Source: Squalus acanthias
Lineage: Eukaryota
DNA length: 64,000 nt
Assembly: GCA_030390025.1 (NCBI GenBank)
Contig: CM059439.1
Span: forward strand, 29,140,001-29,204,000
Reading direction: 5' to 3'
In this document: one piece after another, positions 60,178-64,000 of the stretch
How the letters are laid out: each line of letters opens with the position of its first letter
Position numbering within the stretch: the stretch's first letter is position 1
Notes under the pieces: model-generated
The model's database searches: none
Told to the model about the DNA's origin: nothing
Seen by the model: the letters and a program-made list of their open reading frames with translations, nothing else
Translations under genes and position numbers: made by a program

Positions 60178-60570
60178 GGATATGGTAGCATAGTGGTTAT
60201 GTTACTGGACTAGTAAGCCTGTACTAATGATCTAGGGAGCATGAGTTCAAATCCCACCACGACAGCTGGGGAATTTAAATTCAGTTCATTAAATTAAAAA
60301 AAAAATCTGGAATAGAAAGCTAGTATCGGTAATGGTGACTATGAAACTACCGGATTGTCGTAAAAACCCATCTGGTTCACTAATGAGGGAAATCTGCCGC
60401 CCTTACCTGGTCTGGCCTATATGTGTCTCCAGACCCACAGCAATGTGATTGACCCTTAACTGCCCTCTGAAATGGCCTAGCAAGTCACTCAGTTGTATAA
60501 GGCAGCTCACCACCACCTTCTCAAGGGCAATTAGGGATGGGCAATAAATGCTGGCCTTGCCAGTGAATAA
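60178..60570 (+). mobile_element. tRNA-headed SINE of a distinct family, nested in a Harbinger-type MITE (about 60127-60703)
   Basis: A box tagcatagtgg, B box gagttcaaatccc, tail gggcaataaatgctggccttgcc; flanked by agtgaataa on both sides; MITE ends gggggtgaaattgg / ctaatttcaccac. Confidence 0.7.
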
Positions 60571-61209
60571 ATAAATTTTTTTAAAGCCGCCCGTTTTGCA
60601 CTGCGCCCGATTTTTCTCTTCATTGAACAATCTGGCACGGTGTATAATGTGCTGCCGATCCGCTATCAACTGTTCTGCGCTATTGGTGTTCACTAATTTC
60701 ACCACTGTTGGCAAGGTCATCAAGGAAGGGGAGAAGGAAAAACCAGGAGGGCTGGAAAGTTCTCTTAACACCTGATTGCTGAATTGCTTGGGACTCATTG
60801 TCTACCTGCCCTTTAAACCAGGGAATGGTACAATAGCAGTATGTGAAGACTTCTTTATTTTCTTGTAATAATCAACAATCTCAGTCGTTAGCATCCATCA
60901 TGACATCTGTTACCTACGAAGGGATAAAAATGGGACAAAGCTGCTTTCAGCAACCGTAAAATGGATATGTAGGAGTGATTTCAGGGCAATAATTTCACTT
61001 CAGGAATTAATTCAGGGGCTAGTTAGAAATCATTCGAGCGAGTTTAGTTCTCATGGTTTATGATGATGTCTGAATTCCTCAATAAGATTACTAGCTCATA
61101 ATCATTCCCAGGCATGCATTGTTGCTATTCAATGTTTTAATATATATAATAATGTGTAATAATATAGGTATAGGATGGATTACATGTGAACAAGTATCTT
61201 GTTTTCCAG

Positions 61210-61615
61210 TCTCTGCTCAACAAGAGTGATTCAGGTCCAACCACACGAGTTTGCAGATGCGAATGATAACCATAACTTCCATCCTTCTCCGTATGGTGGG
61301 CCAACGTTTACGCACAGTACTCAGATCACCACCACAGTGCAGGCCTTCACCCAGTGCGATCCCACCGGGCAGCACATTGTCACCATCATTTCTCCAACTT
61401 CGCGGATCTCTTCGACTCCTTCTGTCATCGTGCCTCCAGCAGACCACGTTGGCTCCCAGGGTATGGACCCCACTAGCTCAACTAGGGACTTGCTGGCCCA
61501 GATGGATGAGACGAAAGCCGGCAGGGACTGTGTTCAGATGCCCTTTGTCAAATGGAATCTGGCGGATTTTGCACGGGACAAGTACGCTCCACTCCTCCTC
61601 AAGACAGAATCTAAA
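61210..61615 (+). CDS. PTCH2: PTCH2 exon 14 (406 nt), large intracellular loop
   Basis: gttttccag|T CTC TGC...TCT AAA|gtaagc; LCSTRVIQVQP...QITTTVQAFTQCDPTGQHIVTI...TSSTRDLLAQ...KWNLADFARDKYAPLLLKTESK. Confidence 0.95.
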
Positions 61616-61679
61616 GTAAGCAATCTGTAGCCATGTTTCTATTCCTTCTATGTATTATTTTGAAGATCATGTCTCCCCC

Positions 61680-61990
61680 GCCCCAAGGGCTCAGTGGGCA
61701 AATGCACCACACAATATGGCACTGAGCCATACAGACTAAAAAGGGTTGATGATTGGCTTGTGCTCAGTTATCTAATTTCAGGCAGAATGGGAGTGGGGAC
61801 CCACAATTAACCTGAGTGTCACCGGGGGAGTGTTCTCATTCTTGAACGTTATCTAGTAAATCTTTGGGTGTGGGCAGGATTCGGCTCAGCTGGAAAGATT
61901 TCCACATGAAGATTGGCCACTTGGACAAGGCACTGGAAGCATGCTGGGACCTGTGTAATGACACCATAGCATGAGTCACTGCCCTCAGAG
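61680..61990 (+). mobile_element. AmnSINE2-like SINE
   Basis: ggctcagtgggcaaatgcac...actgagccatacagac...catgaagattggccacttggacaaggcactgg...gcatgagtca. Confidence 0.7.
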
Positions 61991-62414
61991 CGGGCGATAG
62001 GGAATAAATTGGTGGTGGGGGGGGGGGGGGGGAGTGCCGGAATGGAACGGTTTTCACCATTTTTGTACCAAGTGTTAGCATCAGGCACTGCCTACTCAGA
62101 TATTGCATGGGTTAGATACAAGGTTAAGCTTTCACCCATCTCTGACCCAACAATGATACTGAATTCTTCTCCCTGAAATCGTAAACGGGCAGGTGTGGTG
62201 GTGGGGAGGTAAAGAGAAGAGAGAACACTCTACACTGAAAATTCTCTGCACAGTATTCTCCTAACCCAAAACTCAGAAGAGCACCCTTTATTGCTCCAAT
62301 GTGGCCTCTCTTGGCTGAGACTGAGACTGTCACATTAGTACCAATTACAGCCAAATAGTTTGAAGCAGTGACCACTGGCACTGATTTGAGCCTGCCCTTT
62401 ACTTCAGTGAGGAT

Positions 62415-62512
62415 ACATAAGAACATAGGAACAGGAAGAGGCCATTTAGCCCTTCGAGCCTGTTCTGCCATTCAATGAGATCATGGCTGATCTGTGACCT
62501 AACTCCATATAC
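62415..62512 (-). mobile_element. CR1 3' tail fragment
   Basis: acataagaacataggaacaggaagaggccatttagcccttcgagcc. Confidence 0.82.
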
Positions 62513-63337
62513 CAGTCACAGTCAGCAATGATGCCTTTCATGATCTATATTTAAACACCGGTCCCAGTGGTAAAAGGACTGTCCAGCCAAATGCCAGCTA
62601 ACACCATGTGTCTTTCAATTTAAAAAAATATATATATTATACATTATTATTATTTCTCTTCTTTACATCTTCCATTTGTCACATACCAATTTTCAACTGG
62701 TGATTTGGTCCCAGACCCCCTTAATGCTGATTTACAACCTGCAGTATGAGAGCTGAACTCATTCATTACCTTTACCTCCATTCCTGTGATAGACACTGAT
62801 ATCAGGCACCTGGCATTTGAGGAAATCACTGAACGTGACTCTGTATCCTGCCACTTGGTGCCAACCGCAACCTTATGATTTCATCACTCATTTGTAAATC
62901 CCTTTCTCTGCCTTCCTGTCTCTGCATTGTCTTCCTTTGGCTTGTCGGGAGAATGGCTGTGGACTTTCACAACATGCTTGCTGCTTCATTATAGAAATGT
63001 TGTCCAAGGGCAAATAATTCTAGTGTGGCAGCACTGGGCACTCGACAACAAAAAACCCAGGTTCAAATTCCAGTCCTGGTTAGTATTCACACTAGTTTGG
63101 CCCAGAAGGCTGGTCTAGCTGGTTTACAGCAGGGCCCGCTAAAAGGAACACCTCGTGTACTCAGCAGTCCCGACTATCCTTTCCTCCCTCCTAAAGGTTC
63201 GGTGGCAGAGCAAACGTATATAAATTTAAAAAAATATATAAAGCCTTATTATTCAGAATAAATGCCATCTGTTGAACTCAGATTTGAAATAAGCTATTTA
63301 TTTATTTATTCATGTATGGTTTTATTTAACAATCCAG

Positions 63338-63650
63338 GTTGTCGTGTTAGTCCTCTTCATGGCCCTGCTTGGGATGAGCCTTTATGGAACTACCATGGTT
63401 CATGATGGGCTGTACCTTACAGACATTGTTCCTCGTGAAACCAAGGAGTACGATTTCATTGCAGCCCAGTTCAAGTATTTCTCCTTCTATAACATGTACA
63501 TCGTCTCCATGGGAGGGTTTGATTATCCCACATCCCAGAAGTTGCTGTATGACTTGCACAAGAGTTTCAATAATATCAAATACATTGTTCGTGAAGAGAA
63601 TAAGGAGTTGCCGAAAATGTGGTTGCATTACATTCAAGACTGGTTGAGAG
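63338..63650 (+). CDS. PTCH2: PTCH2 exon 15 (313 nt), TM7 and start of extracellular domain 2
   Basis: aatccag|GTT GTC...AGA G|gtaaga; [56 protein letters not shown]...[14 protein letters not shown](G). Confidence 0.96.
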
Positions 63651-64000
63651 GTAAGATTTCAACGCCTCTCTTCGGTATTCCTCATACAGAATTTAATGGT
63701 GAGCTGTAAAGTATGTGAAAGTTTCTGTAGATTGTATCAATGTCCAGACCAAAAAAAAATATTAGCTTTTGCATGTGTAGGTGAAATGCAGATACTGGTA
63801 ACAGACCTCTCCCAGTAGGGTTAACAGGCACAGCCCCACTATATAATAGTCTGTTCCTAATCTTCTCATTCCTGTATTCTTTGTCATAATTCTTATGACA
63901 TGAGCTTTTGAATAACATCTGTTAAGTACAACACTGCATGGGGTACTTGAAGGGGGGGGGGGGAGCTTGCAAAATAGCATAAGAATGGATACATTGGGGC

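Larger units (their letters stand above)
32356..63650 (+). other. PTCH2: Partial Patched-2 gene (exons 3-15; exons 1-2 not found, downstream exons beyond the window)
   Basis: 13 GT-AG-bounded exons splice in frame (2169 nt). PTCH2-type peptides: [87 protein letters not shown]. Exon sizes match the vertebrate Patched pattern. Confidence 0.95.

Noticed and set aside
32356-63650. Calling the gene PTCH1
   Set aside because: Exons 4-7 and 14 carry PTCH2-type sequence, and exons 6 and 15 are 196 and 313 nt, against 199 and 310 nt in PTCH1 as I recall them

Overview
Eukaryotic, intron-rich vertebrate DNA. The repeat content (SacSINE1/Deu-like, AmnSINE2-like and LF-SINE-like SINEs, CR1 and L2 LINE ends, Penelope-like elements, Harbinger-type MITEs) points to a cartilaginous fish, which is an inference. 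The window holds 13 consecutive + strand coding exons of the Hedgehog receptor Patched-2 (exons 3-15 by PTCH1 numbering, 32356-63650). They total 2169 nt (about 723 codons), all introns are GT-AG, the phases are consistent and there are no stops. I could not find exons 1-2, so 1-32355 is probably part of an intron 2 longer than 32 kb, and the gene continues past the right edge. Almost all other ORFs in the track are TE remnants or noise. The most interesting non-coding observations are: (1) a perfect 142-bp Penelope-derived hairpin, carrying a minimal hammerhead motif and a consensus 5' splice site, right beside the exon 7 branch point; (2) candidate stop-containing (poison) exons in introns 5 and 12; (3) twin-priming-type inversions in a SINE and in a Penelope element; (4) a near-perfect long-range inverted pair flanking exons 8-12; (5) GLI-site clusters; (6) a possible internal promoter and antisense unit in intron 5. 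All family names come from remembered consensus sequences, not from database searches. No new biological system can be established from sequence alone.
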